DNA of 64,000 bases, taken from the NCBI RefSeq assembly GCF_006345805.1, contig NC_043004.1:21452001-21516000 (forward strand), given 5' to 3'. The first letter of the stretch is position 1; the number at the start of each line of letters is the position of its first letter. The notes under the pieces were generated by a model. That model was not told where the DNA came from. It saw only the letters and a list, made by a program, of their open reading frames with translations, and did not search any database. The position numbers and the translations under genes were made by a program. The stretch comes from Octopus sinensis (lineage: Eukaryota). Of the stretch, positions 51,147 to 63,440 are shown piece by piece.

Positions 51147-51577
51147 CCCAGCCCATTCAAAAGTACTTTGGATCATAGGACGACCTGCTGTGCTTACCTT
51201 GGATCGTAGGGTGACCTGCTATGCTTAAGAGGACCTATTGAGTTAAGTACATCAACATCAAAATAAAAATCAAATGGAAATTGTAGTTATGATACCTGTG
51301 CTGGTGGCATGTAAAAAGCACCATCCGAACGTGGCTGATGCCAGTGCCGCCTTGACTGGCTTCCGTGCCAATGGCACGTAAAAAGCACCCACTACACTCA
51401 TGGAGTGGTTGGCATTAGGATGGGCATGAAGCTGTAAAAACACTGCCAGATCAGACTGGAGCCTGGTGCAGCCTCCTGGCTTCCCAGACCTGGGTCGAAC
51501 CGTCCAACCTATGCTAGCAAGGAAAACAGACGTTAAACGACGATGATGATGATGATACATATATACATACGTATATA

Positions 51578-51641
<64 letters not shown>

Positions 51642-51817
51642 AAAAGCACCCACTACACTCACGGAGTGGTTGGCGTTAGGAAGGGCATCCAGCCGTAGAA
51701 ACACTGCCAGATCTGACTGGGCCTGATGAAGCCTTCCAGCTTCACAGACCCCAGTTGAACTGTCCAACCCATGCTAGCATGGAGAACGGACGCTAAATGA
51801 TGATGATGATGATGATG
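51147..51817 (+). mobile_element. Two tandem RTE 3' tails separated by (TA)n
   Basis: Tail 51147-51557 and partial tail 51637-51817, each ending in gacg.taaa(c)gatgatgat. Confidence 0.88.
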
Positions 51818-51825
51818 ATATATAC

Positions 51826-51875
<50 letters not shown>

Positions 51876-52686
51876 TATACATATATATAATATATATATT
51901 TAAATATATAAGCAGACAGAATCATAGATAGATAGAGATGATGTTTCAACACAATGAAAAGAAAGAAATGTACATCTCCCTTGATAATCATGGAAAATGT
52001 ATGTAATTAATTATTTAATTACTGTTATCCCTGATAATGTGCAAATATATGTATGTGAAGCCTATTTGTTTATAATAATATGAAAGCTATCAACACAAGA
52101 ATGTGCAACATGTAAATAGAATGAAAACAATCTTACCATAAGATTTCGCCATTTTATAATTTTCAAGAATTGAATAAAATGAAAATTGCATACACACATT
52201 TGTTACAGTTTATATTTTATGAAACTGAAATTTTTACCACAATTTGAGAACTTCAATTTTTTGTTTTGAGAATTTTCAAAGTTTGCATACACACTTGGTC
52301 TTGTTGAAAATTTTGAATGTACTTAAGCCTCATATTTTTTTTCTTTTTGATAAAAGATATTCTTTCAGTCAAATATATCAATTTTATAATATACAGCATT
52401 TCCTTCAGAGTTGTTTCAATTTTGATTTCCAATTTTCTGAGAGATTTCCTTAGACAGTTTCAGGACAAAGCAAATATATGTGTTTTCAGCAAATCACCAT
52501 CTTTAAAAGAATGTATATACGTATGAATATATGTGTGTATGCAAGTATGTATGCATGTATGTTTGTGTCTCCTCTTCTTGACGTTGTAAACGAGCATTAC
52601 TCTCATACCGTGACTGCCCATGAGAAAATACTAACTTGTTTGGAAACAGGTGAGGATTGGTGAAAGGATCATGTTGAAGCATTACC

Positions 52687-52728
<42 letters not shown>

Positions 52729-53046
52729 ATTTATGTATGTATGTATATGTATATATATTTATATATTGAATAAAAGCAGCTGTAGTATACCTAGGCAGAT
52801 GTTGAAAAGCCACAAAAATGGTGAAACACCCGGTGTCCATCTCTCTTGAATGGGATTGAGGGTGAGTTATCTCACCTATCTATGATGCTGAGGTGTTTTA
52901 CACCCAGCACTTTTAGAGTATATATACTCCTCCATGGTGTTGCAGCCGCCAGAAAACACACAAAGCATATACATTAAGTATATGGTGTTAATAATATATA
53001 TATATAGGTAAAGAAGATAAGAAAGAGTTGAAACATGCTAAAATTT

Positions 53047-53080
<34 letters not shown>

Positions 53081-54189
53081 GATAAAACCAGTTTTATTTT
53101 TAAGATAGGCAGTAAATATTTCCATTTTATATCTATATATATATATGAAAGTAAGTATACAAAATTTTATTTTTCCTCAACAAATGTTTACATATAGCAG
53201 ATTTACTGTGTGTGTTTTCGCAAAGTGGTTTTTACAATCACAGAAATAGAGAATTACATATAATGAGATGTTTCCATATATAAAGTTGCAGTGGCAAAAT
53301 GACATGTTTTTTGGGTCAAAGCTTACGGATTTATTTTTATATCAGTCATTAACTTTCTTGATTCAAAAACAACGAAAAGTATGCAAGCTAAATGTTTCCA
53401 TATTAACTAAGCAAACTGGCAAGTATTGTGAATAACATTGACATGTTGAGCATATTATATAAATGATAAATAATTTAATGTCATACTGATTCAAACATAA
53501 AAAGTGGAAAATTTCGGCTTCGGTTTCACATTACATCACCAGCTAAAACAGATTGAATTAACTTCTTTCTGAATAATTCTGAAAAGTATTTAGCCTAAGG
53601 AAAACTGTCAAACAGCATTGAATTTCATGGAAACATGTAATGCTTTTTGAATCATGGGAAATATTTAAGTGTTAGATCACAAGTAATTTAAACATTTCTC
53701 CCAAAATTTAAGTTAATCTTTCCTGCTATAACAGATATCATAAATGTCACAAAGAAAGGACGTTTATGAAAAAAGCGAACATCATGATAATCAATGTCCT
53801 CTCTTTCGAACCAACATAAGTAATTACTACTAATAAGTCTTCAAGATTAATTCAGATCTTTTGTATCATCCCTCTGGTTAATGCAGAGAAAGCACTACAC
53901 CTGCTTCGTCTTATGCTTAATTTTTATCTCAGTACATTAGCACTTTGTCATACAGACACACTGACATGACATATCCAATGAAGCAAGCTAGCTTCATTCT
54001 TCTCTAGTTTTCATATATCCTCTGCATTCAGGGCCTACATCTCGCTACCACTGCTGCTCTTACACAGGGGTCACACTTCACTACCACCACCGTTTGTACT
54101 CAGCATCATAAAATCTACCTTTCACTCTGAGAGAGACTATCAACAGACCTAATAGCTCTCTGAACTTTTGCCATCGTATTCCTATTCTA

Positions 54190-54580
54190 GCTTCTAGCTT
54201 TCCGAATATTCACCCCTACTGCTAATTAGGTTACTTAGGCAATAGAAATTACCTACTATTTCTGGGAGCATCCAAAGCAACTGAAAAAATCTATTTTCTG
54301 TGTCCTTAGTATTCATTACTCTTGTGCATCTTCTATATATAAACATTACTTTTTCTGCCAGGCTTTCTGTGATTCGGCTGAACCTCTTGTGTGTACACAG
54401 CATAAAATTCCTGACAACATCTTTCCTACAGACTGAACTAGGCCATTTATGTGATGGGAATAGAGTCCTGTCTGATTTCCTGCTGACTAAAACTTTGGTC
54501 ATTGCTGATTTAACTTTAAGGCCTATTGATTTTAATTTTCCTTCTACACCTGAGATTTCTTTCCTAATTTTATCATAGAG
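54190..54580 (-). mobile_element. RTE LINE post-RT fragment
   Basis: ORF 54194-54631 LKSIGLKVKSAMTKVLVSRKSDRTLFPSHKWPSSVCRKDVVRNFMLCTHKRFS, homologous to 3140-3400. Confidence 0.8.
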
Positions 54581-54596
54581 TCTGCTTATGGATATT

Positions 54597-54749
54597 GGTG
54601 CAGGTGTGGTAAGAAGCTTGCTTTCCATCACAATATTCTAGGTTCAGTCCCATTGCATGCAATCTAGGACAAGAGTCTTCTACTATAACCTTGGGCTGAC
54701 CAAAGCCTTGCAAGTGGATCTGGTAGTCAGAAACTGAAGGAAGCTTGTC
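54597..54749 (+). mobile_element. Main-family SINE, 5' half
   Basis: gtggtaagaagcttgctttcc...ggttcagtccc...gaaactgaaggaagc. Confidence 0.85.
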
Positions 54750-55729
54750 AATATATATATATATATATATGTTATGAACGAAAAATATATATTCTGATAA
54801 TTTCTCTTTTGTACGACCTGAAATAGAACACCACTCTTTGGTTTTGCAAGGTAAGACAAAAAAAAAATTCATTGTGGTCAAGTGATTGTTTGAGGCGTAG
54901 GTAATGTGATTTGGCTGGCTTTTTGCTACTCTAAGGGCGAACTATAAATACTGCTGTTGAACATGTGGCAAGTGAGTCTGTGCTGGGAGCTGATGTGTGA
55001 CATTGACGTGTGAGGCTGTTGGTTTGGAGTCTGCTGGAAGACGATGTAATGGAAGTCAGCAAGAGTGGTTTATGAGAATAGTTTGTCCAAGGTCGGTGCC
55101 ACACAGTCGATGCAAGGTGGTTGAGTTTGAGCAGATTGTGTTGAACAGTTGACACAGTAATAGGTGTCAGAAGTGTGATGTGTATTGCAATAGTGATTGT
55201 CACTGGTTAATGCCAACAGTGGCATCTTTGCTATGAGGAGAACTGTTATAAGTCAGTTCAATGTGATGGTGAATGTCTGCGGTTAATGTGAACAGTGGAC
55301 AATTTTGAACTTTCTGCAAAAACAGTCAGTGTGAACTTGGCAATGTAAAAAATTCAGAATGATTACTGGACTAATATAAATTTGGAAGTAACAACAGATT
55401 CCAGTCAAAAAGAAGGATAAAAAAAAGAGATAGAAAATAAATTGTTAGACTGGTGAATAAAAGAAGAGCTCACCAAAAGAAATCTGCACCTTTCAGAAGT
55501 AAATGAAAGAACCCTCTAAAACCTCTCCAAAGAACTGTTTATTTGCCTTTTAATTAAAATTCGCGCATTTTGCTTATACTCAACGGTTTTGTTTGCTATT
55601 GCCAACTCTTCTGATTTCTGTAACTACTGTTTCTTCCACTCAAACCAAGTTGGCTCACGGAGTTTACCTATTGTCTTCTGGGCTAAGGTCTTCAGTTGGA
55701 GCCCCATGGTGGTATCGCACAGTGGCACG

Positions 55730-55842
55730 CAGTGTAAGAGTCCCATTGTATGTCATCTTGGGTAATTTCTTCTACTATAACTGTGGGCTGACCAAAGCCT
55801 TGCAAGTGGATCCAGTAGACTGAAACTGAAGGAAGCCTATCG
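55730..55842 (+). mobile_element. Main-family SINE body fragment
   Basis: cttgggtaatttcttctactataactgtgggctgaccaaagccttgcaagtggatc...gaaactgaaggaagcc. Confidence 0.8.
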
Positions 55843-55845
55843 ATA

Positions 55846-55877
<32 letters not shown>

Positions 55878-57184
55878 CATATATATGCATGTATAGAAAC
55901 TACATATAAAAACTACGTCTTCCAAATATTTGAGATTTTGTGACAATATATAAAATTATTATTGATTTTGTTGTGGATTTGTGTAGCAGAAGGAGCTGCA
56001 TACCAGACTAAATGTTTTCTTAACTTTAGTTATATCCCTTCATATCCCATTAGAGTTGACTTTGAAATACATTGGTGTAGCATACAATGTCTATATCATT
56101 TCCTATCATATTTTTGGTGAACGTATGAAATCAGTATTATTTTTCAAATCCTAAACTGGAATCAATACATCAATACAAACTTCCTGGGAAATCTGTTTAT
56201 GTTAGATTCCTAGTAACTTTGTAGAGTGTTTTCCTCTAGGCTTAAATTTAAATACAGTTAGACTTCAATGGGTTAATATGTAAACGAGACATTGTCAAAG
56301 TTATTAACTTTTTCTTACTAATTAAAAAAAAGAAATGTGTTAATTATAATTCCATATTATCTTGTATCACATTTTAGTATTCTATTTTGTATTTTTATTT
56401 TAATGTTTAATAAACTATCATTTTTCTAATATATTTACTCTGTAGAATTGAAATACCTCCAAACAAAATGTTATATATTTAATTTGGAATGGTTATAAAT
56501 TATTTTCATTAAAGTAATTGCCTGCAAGGCAAAGGAAATTATCACAAAATTATAAATAAAGAAGATAAGAAAATTGAAAAATATTTATCATTATTTCTCA
56601 GCTGATTGATCTTCTATTGACAAGAGGGTTTAATCAATTGTTTGTTGATTTGCTAAAGTAATTGTAACAATTTTCTTTGCAACTATCAAAGATTAGTATT
56701 CATGCAATAATCATCGATTGCTTTATAGATCTAAAGAGATACAATTGTTAATTATAAATCCATTTAAAGTTTAAAAAAGAGAAAAGCAATGTTGCAAACA
56801 CAGCAAGATAGATAAAACCCAATTGGAATTTATGTAATGATGTGTTTTGAGTGTAAGTTTCCTTAAAACGACTCTATTGACTTTGTGCCTACTTAAAAGA
56901 AATCAGTTTCCGTCTCGTATACTAAGATCAATATATTTCTGAGACAAATATTAGAATAATAAATATTTATATCAATAACATTGTTTTATCTAAGGAATGG
57001 TAACTAAATATACGATAAATTGGTGATATTTCTGCTGATTTGGCTTCAAGAATTTAGAAAAATCTATAAACTTCATAGATATTGTTATTCACTTTCAGTT
57101 GTACTTTTTATCACCACACTGTTACATTAAATGTTGTAACTGATTGGCTAAGATGTGATAGTATTGATTTATTTTCTGTCGGTT

Positions 57185-57400
57185 AGCTGTCTTTGTGAGA
57201 TGTACATCTATGAGATGTTTGTGTGATGTATGCCTGTGAGATATATGCAATATAAGTTTAAATGATATAAGTCTGTAAAATATACCTTTGTGAAATATAT
57301 GTGATATTTATATCGCAGACATAAATATTTGTAACTTGTATGACTGTGAGATGTTTGATCATGAGATATATATTTACAAGATGTATGATTTTTCAGATGT
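57185..57400. repeat. Degenerate short-period minisatellite (tgtgagatgt-like units)
   Basis: Recurrent tgtgagat, tgagatgt and tgtgaaat motifs. Confidence 0.6.
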
Positions 57401-58769
57401 ATATTAATAAGGTTTCTGCGTTTGTGTGTGTGTGTGTGTGAATACTAAAGTAAGAGACAAAAGGCTAGAGAATATGTTCTTCAAATATCTGCATTTATAT
57501 TTTTTTCTTCCAATGAATGCATTCTTTCTAATTTGTATATAAAAAAATCATTATCACAACAAACTTTGTTGTTGTTGTTATTGTAGCATCAGATGAGCTT
57601 AGATGCTAAAATTCAAAGTAGCTTTGCTTGCTAATTCAAATGATTAGTTTTAAAGAGTAGGTTCTTATAAATTATTTGGTACATTATATACACACAACAC
57701 ATTGTGACTAATGGCAGAGTTGTTAAGAAATTTGCCTCTTAGCCTTCAGTCTCTGGATGTTATTCCACTGGGTAGTATCTTGAGTAAGTATCTACCATTG
57801 CAGTGATACATCATTTATTAATTCCTCATTCATAATCCCAAAACAAATTATTAATATTCAAATCATCCAATCTTTAAGAAATAACTTGGGAGGATTTTCA
57901 CTTATTATCTCCTCGTTATTCTTAATAAATATTAATTTTAATCTTTTAAGACAAATCCCTTACATCTCTAGAACTACAAGACACTTAGCTATATCCGTCT
58001 TCCTCTCACTGGGGGCCCAGTGATCCATATCAGTACTTTGGAAGTCAGCATTGAGTTTCATAAAACCAAGAGAATTACTAATTCTTTTTTTACTAAAGCC
58101 TATCATATCTTTCTGATTTACCCATTAAAAATAAAGGCAAACTATCTTATTTTATATCAAGTTTTATAAATGATATCTTTGGTGGTTACAATTTCGTCAC
58201 CGGACCAAATACAGTTCAAAAGATTTACAATGAAGGGAATGGCTAGGAAGATTCAGTAACTAACACCAGCAGATATTTGCACGTATATTTATTTCACCTG
58301 ACTTCTAGTTTCATGCAGTGGACTGTGGACATGATGGGGCATTACTTTGATGGATTTAGTTGATCAAATCCATGCCAGTACTTCTTTTCTAAATATGATA
58401 CTTATTCTATTTATCTCTGTTAGTTGAACTTCTAAGTTACAAATATGTAAATATGTAAATAATACCAGTTATCAACCAGTGAAAAACACAAAGATGCATG
58501 TACACCCATCCATAAATATGCACATGAACACACATGGACAATTGCTGCCATTCAAAATTCCCTCTCAACATACTGGTCAACTCAGGATCATAACACAAGG
58601 CACTCACCCAAAGTGCTGCACCCAAATTTTATATAAATGATTATATATTTTGCTTAAGCATTGTGAGACTAATAATCTGGTGTAGAACTCAATATACGTA
58701 TGAGTCAGAATGAAGTATTAGACAAGTACAGAGTGGTAATAAAAAAAAAAGATGACATGTATATGTTTA

Positions 58770-58830
<61 letters not shown>

Positions 58831-59045
58831 CGTATATGTATCTGTGAGTATATGTGTGTGTGTATCAGTGTGAGTGGATGGGTGTCTGCCTGTCTCATTC
58901 ATTTTTTGAGAGCATACATGTGTATATATATACATATATACATATATTACTACTATTAAATCTAATTGCTTTTTGGATATACACTTTTCATATACATCAG
59001 CTCTGATTTTATCACTGGCAATACCATCCCTGTATATTACACAAA
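58831..59045 (+). repeat. Donor segment of a local direct duplication (copy at 59828-60036)
   Basis: The two copies differ only by a 6-bp (GT)n contraction and one substitution (actggc/actagc). Confidence 0.95.
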
Positions 59046-59598
59046 TGTAATTCTTTTTACCAAATAAATTGCACTTCATATTCAAGGCTCCAATGAAATA
59101 ACAGAACATTATTCAGGCACTTAAGTATGAGTGCACTGCATCATATATCAGAAACAGTTGAAAGCCAATGAAATTCATAATATAGCCATCTTTTTCCTTT
59201 ATCATCTCTTTTTCTTAAATGATTATATGTACAAATAATTCCGAACACACATTATACACAAACACATCACACACAACATACCCGCAAAACATAAGCACAA
59301 GTCATACATCCTCAAATGGAGATATACATAGAAATCTACGCATAAACATGCATATATATATATATACATGCTTTTTCTTTCTCCTTTCAAACCTCTACTC
59401 TTGATGGAGGCTCAGAAGCACTGTCATGACATATGGTGCTTCTTTTTACATCTAATTGCATCTAATGATTACAGCATTTAGGTTTCCCAAGTGGTCCCCC
59501 ATCTAAGTATTAACTAGGCTTGGTATTGTTTAACTTAGGTGATCAGACAGTAACTGATACCTTCAATGTGATCTTTTCCATGTTGTATCATGTATATT

Positions 59599-59768
59599 AC
59601 TCTTTTATTTGTTTCAGTCATTGGATTGTGGCCATGCTGGAGCAAATCGACTGCAGGACTTATTCTTTGTAAGCCTAGTACTTATTCTATTGGTCTCTTT
59701 TGCCAAACTGCTAAGTTACGGGGTCGTAAACATACCAGCATCGGTTGTCAAGCGATATATATATATAC

Positions 59769-59806
<38 letters not shown>

Positions 59807-60240
59807 GTATATATATATATATATATACGTATATGTATCTGTGAGTATATGTGTATCAGTGTGAGTGGATGGGTGTCTGCCTGTCTCATTCATTTTTTGA
59901 GAGCATACATGTGTATATATATACATATATACATATATTACTACTATTAAATCTAATTGCTTTTTGGATATACACTTTTCATATACATCAGCTCTGATTT
60001 TATCACTAGCAATACCATCCCTGTATATTACACAAACACACAAACACACACACGCATATATATACATATACATATATACGACGAGCTTCTTTCAGTTTCT
60101 GTGTACCAAATCCACTCACAAGGTTTTGGTCAGCCCGAGGCTATAGTAGAAGACACTTGCCCAAGGTGCCATGCAATGGGACTGAACCTGGAACCATGTG
60201 GTTGGTAAGCAATCTACTTACCACACAGCCACTCCTGCAC
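59599..60240 (-). mobile_element. Full-length main-family SINE carrying an insertion of about 280 bp in its linker
   Basis: Tail 59599-59752, then (TA)n plus duplicated flank 59753-60036, then linker and head 60037-60240. Confidence 0.9.
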
Positions 60241-61150
60241 CTATAATGATGACAAAGCTTTGAAATTTTTTATTATTGTTGAGTATTTGTTGAGCAAATT
60301 TTTTTATGAATTAACTCAAGACGTGTTGTGTTCCATATATGTACATCTATATTACATATGTATGATGTATGTATGTGTATATATGTTATATATGTATGTG
60401 TGTGTATAAGTACAAATGTATATAAGTATATATGCATACATATATATATATATACAAGTGGGTGAGAGTATATAAAGTATACAGGTGTAAAGCTACGTGT
60501 TAAAACTGTTGAGGTTTTATGGAAATAAATTTGCTGAGTCTTTCAATAATAGGTGATAAATAAACTACCAAACTGAAATAAACACTTGTTGATATAATTG
60601 GCAAAAATCTTCAAAAGTAGTACACCAGCATGTCCACAATCTTATAAATGAAAATTTGAAAAGGCAAAATAAAAAAAAAAAATGAAAAGATAATATACGC
60701 TATTTCTATCTGAGTTTGTCCTTATATGTGTCCAGAAGTAAAAGATACATTTCACAGTTATTGTTACACGTCTGTTTCTGATTAATCTCAATATAGTGAA
60801 GTTTTAGTTTGAAACCAGTTGTGGTATGAGTGAAGTGAGTGTTTAACAGTTACTTAACTAACAGCAATATGTAAATTAAATTAACCACTTGAACAAATAA
60901 ACCACATTTCCAAAGAGCTACAAGCTATCATCTTCTCAACAGAATATTAGAACTAATTGGAAGATGACAATCAATAAGTGTAAAGCTGGTTTTTCTGATA
61001 CGTATACTCAATTACTAAAAATCTCAGTGTAGCTCAAGGACTCATTTCAATGGAAGATTATATATCTGAGAAAGGACAGCATATTTAGTTATTATTAAGT
61101 TATTATTAAGTTATCTTTAATTACATTTAAATTCTGTTATATTGAATAAG

Positions 61151-61615
61151 TGCAGGAATGGTTGTGTGGTTAAAAAGCTTGCTTCTCAACTGTGTGTTCT
61201 TGGGTTCAGTTCCACTGTGTTGCAGCTTGAACAGGTGTCTTTTACTATAGCTCCATGCTGACTGAATCCTTGGAACTGCACTTGGTAGATGGAAACTGAA
61301 AGAATTCTGTTATATACGTGTGTGTGTGCATGTAGCCAATATGCTATCCACTGTTCAAACTCATGTTATATATATGTATATATGTGTGTGTGTGAGTGTG
61401 TGTGCATGTATATATGTGTGTGTGTCTGGGACATCACATGATGGCTGTAAACAAGCAACAACATTACACAAGCAATGCTGTTCATTTCCACTCTTCTGTG
61501 AAAACCTTATCTGATCATGGGGAAATATTACCCACCTTACAAACAGGTGAGTACCAGCAACACAAATAACATCCAGCCACAGAAAAATTTGTCTCAGCAA
61601 ATTCCATCTGATCAG
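61151..61615 (+). mobile_element. SINE with main-family head but an alternative RTE-tail-like 3' half
   Basis: Head ggttgtgtggttaaaaagcttgcttc...ggttcagttcc, then tggggaaatattac..acaggtgag..atccagccacagaaaa. Related tails lie at about 52560-52680 and (minus strand) about 41440-41570. Confidence 0.65.
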
Positions 61616-62127
61616 TGAAGGCTCCTGCTGATGATGAACACATATTGTTTGATTATCTCAAAAAACTTGTTAACCGTAGAAAGCAGCTATTGAAGCAAGT
61701 CATAGAATATTTAAGAGAATCATTGCTGTCCTGTAATTATTGTGAAATTTAAATGAATGTAACTGACTTTGAATATTTGAAGCAAAAGTATTTCTTCTCT
61801 TTATTTTATATAAATATAATTAAATCTATCTGACATGTTTTGTACAAACTTTATATCTTTTAAATCACTGGTGTATTTACAATGTTATTTTTATGATGTT
61901 ATGGTATATTAAAGAATAATTCTTGAGATTTTTAGCCAAAACAATATATATTGACAGATGTGTACAACTCATCTAATGATATCTCTCTGCACATCTTAGC
62001 ATCATAACACAGTAGTAGTAGTGTTGATGCACTAGTTATTTATTAATCAAACTGACGCCTCTGAGTGATGCCAAGGATATGTTAATTTATTCATCATTTT
62101 CTGAAGCATTAATCAATATGGCTTTAT

Positions 62128-62203
62128 AAGCAGTATATCTGTGAAAAATTAATGAGGCTACACAGACACTGATGAAGTCTTGATAGAAAGACTGAAACAG
62201 GTT
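62128..62203 (+). ncRNA. Candidate hammerhead ribozyme (intact core, imperfect stems I and III)
   Basis: CTGATGA at 62169-62175, 6-bp stem II AGTCTT/AAGACT, GAAAC at 62194-62198. Upstream GTA at 62133-62135; stem I pairs 7/8 and stem III 5/7. Confidence 0.45.
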
Positions 62204-62383
62204 CATTAATCCAGCAACATAAAATATTCTACAAAAACAAGTTGTTTACATTTGTCTAAATGCTCAGTCTTCATTAAAAATCTATAAGATATATCCTAGA
62301 GTGCATCATGGAAAATGTATTATAGCATCCAAAATTCCAGTGTACCTTCTACATATTTCCTTGACTATTATTTGAGTTTTTGT

Positions 62384-62660
62384 AAAATGTCACTAGAAGC
62401 TAGGATCACCAAGCATAGATTGGCATATTTCGGTCATATTATGCTGAGAAAATCCCTGGAGGAGGACATCATGCTCAGAATGGTCAGTGGCAAGAGAGGA
62501 AGAGGCTGACCAAGAACCCGCTGGCTTGACACCATCAAGAGTGATACCAGAATGGACATAGCCAATCTGAAAGAAGCGGCCCAGGATAGAACCGACTGGA
62601 GGACACTGATCCAACGAGTGACCGAGAGTCGACTTCGACTGAGCGGTTAGAAGAAGAAGA
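62384..62660 (+). mobile_element. Young 5'-truncated RTE LINE 3' end with (GAA)n tail
   Basis: MSLEARITKHRLAYFGHIMLRKSLEEDIMLRMVSGKRGRG*PRTRWLDTIKSD...AAQDRTDWRTLIQRVTESRLRLSG* followed by aagaagaaga; CpGs retained. Confidence 0.88.
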
Positions 62661-62819
62661 AATCTTTTAATCATAGTCCTGTTTAAATTTACTTATATAT
62701 AACAACAACCTAGTAGTTTTCATTATTTGTGTTAATCTAATATAGTAAATGTGAAAACTAATTTCTGTGTGTCAGTGTGTCACATTCCAACTCGCCCCTC
62801 TCTCACTATTCATTGACAC

Positions 62820-63190
62820 TCCTACTATTGCTCATGTTGGGGTAAGAGTAATAGTAGGCATAGAGATGGTAGTAGATTGGCAGATGTAATGGTAATGGGG
62901 TGGTAGTAATAGTATGAGCTGTAGTTGTGATAGAGACAGAGGCAGCGGCGACGGTGATGATGTTGGTGGTAGTAGCTGAAGCAGTCATGGACAATGGTGA
63001 TAGTAAGAAATGTGAAAGACAGTGGTGGAGGGGAAGGCGGTGAAGTCAAAGGTGGTGGCGTCAGAAGTCTGAATGATGTATGTATGGCAGTTGTGGTAGC
63101 AATGGTGGTGGTGGTACTGGTGATAGTGACAGTTGAAAACAGAAAGAGAGAGAGTGAAAGAAAGAAAGAGGTTAGACAGAAAAAAATTGT
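62820..63190. repeat. (GGT/GAT/GTA)-rich and GA-rich low-complexity tract
   Basis: Seen directly in the sequence; it explains the T/P-rich and V/G-rich ORFs. Confidence 0.8.
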
Positions 63191-63440
63191 ACTGATCCCT
63201 GAATGAGAAGACAAAAAATGTTGCTTATCATGAAGTTTTGCATTAAGTTCTAAGTTGACAAATTTTATCATTGTTTTGATGAAAATTGTTCGTTGCCTGA
63301 AAAATATTGTTCAAGTTTAATAAAATTGAATACGTGCTCAATGCATGAAGTGTTATTGTTAGGTCCAAGGCCCAATGAAGAGACCTCTTATCGGGCAGCT
63401 TTTAAGCTAGTTTTTAATAGACAGACATTTTCCTTCTTTA

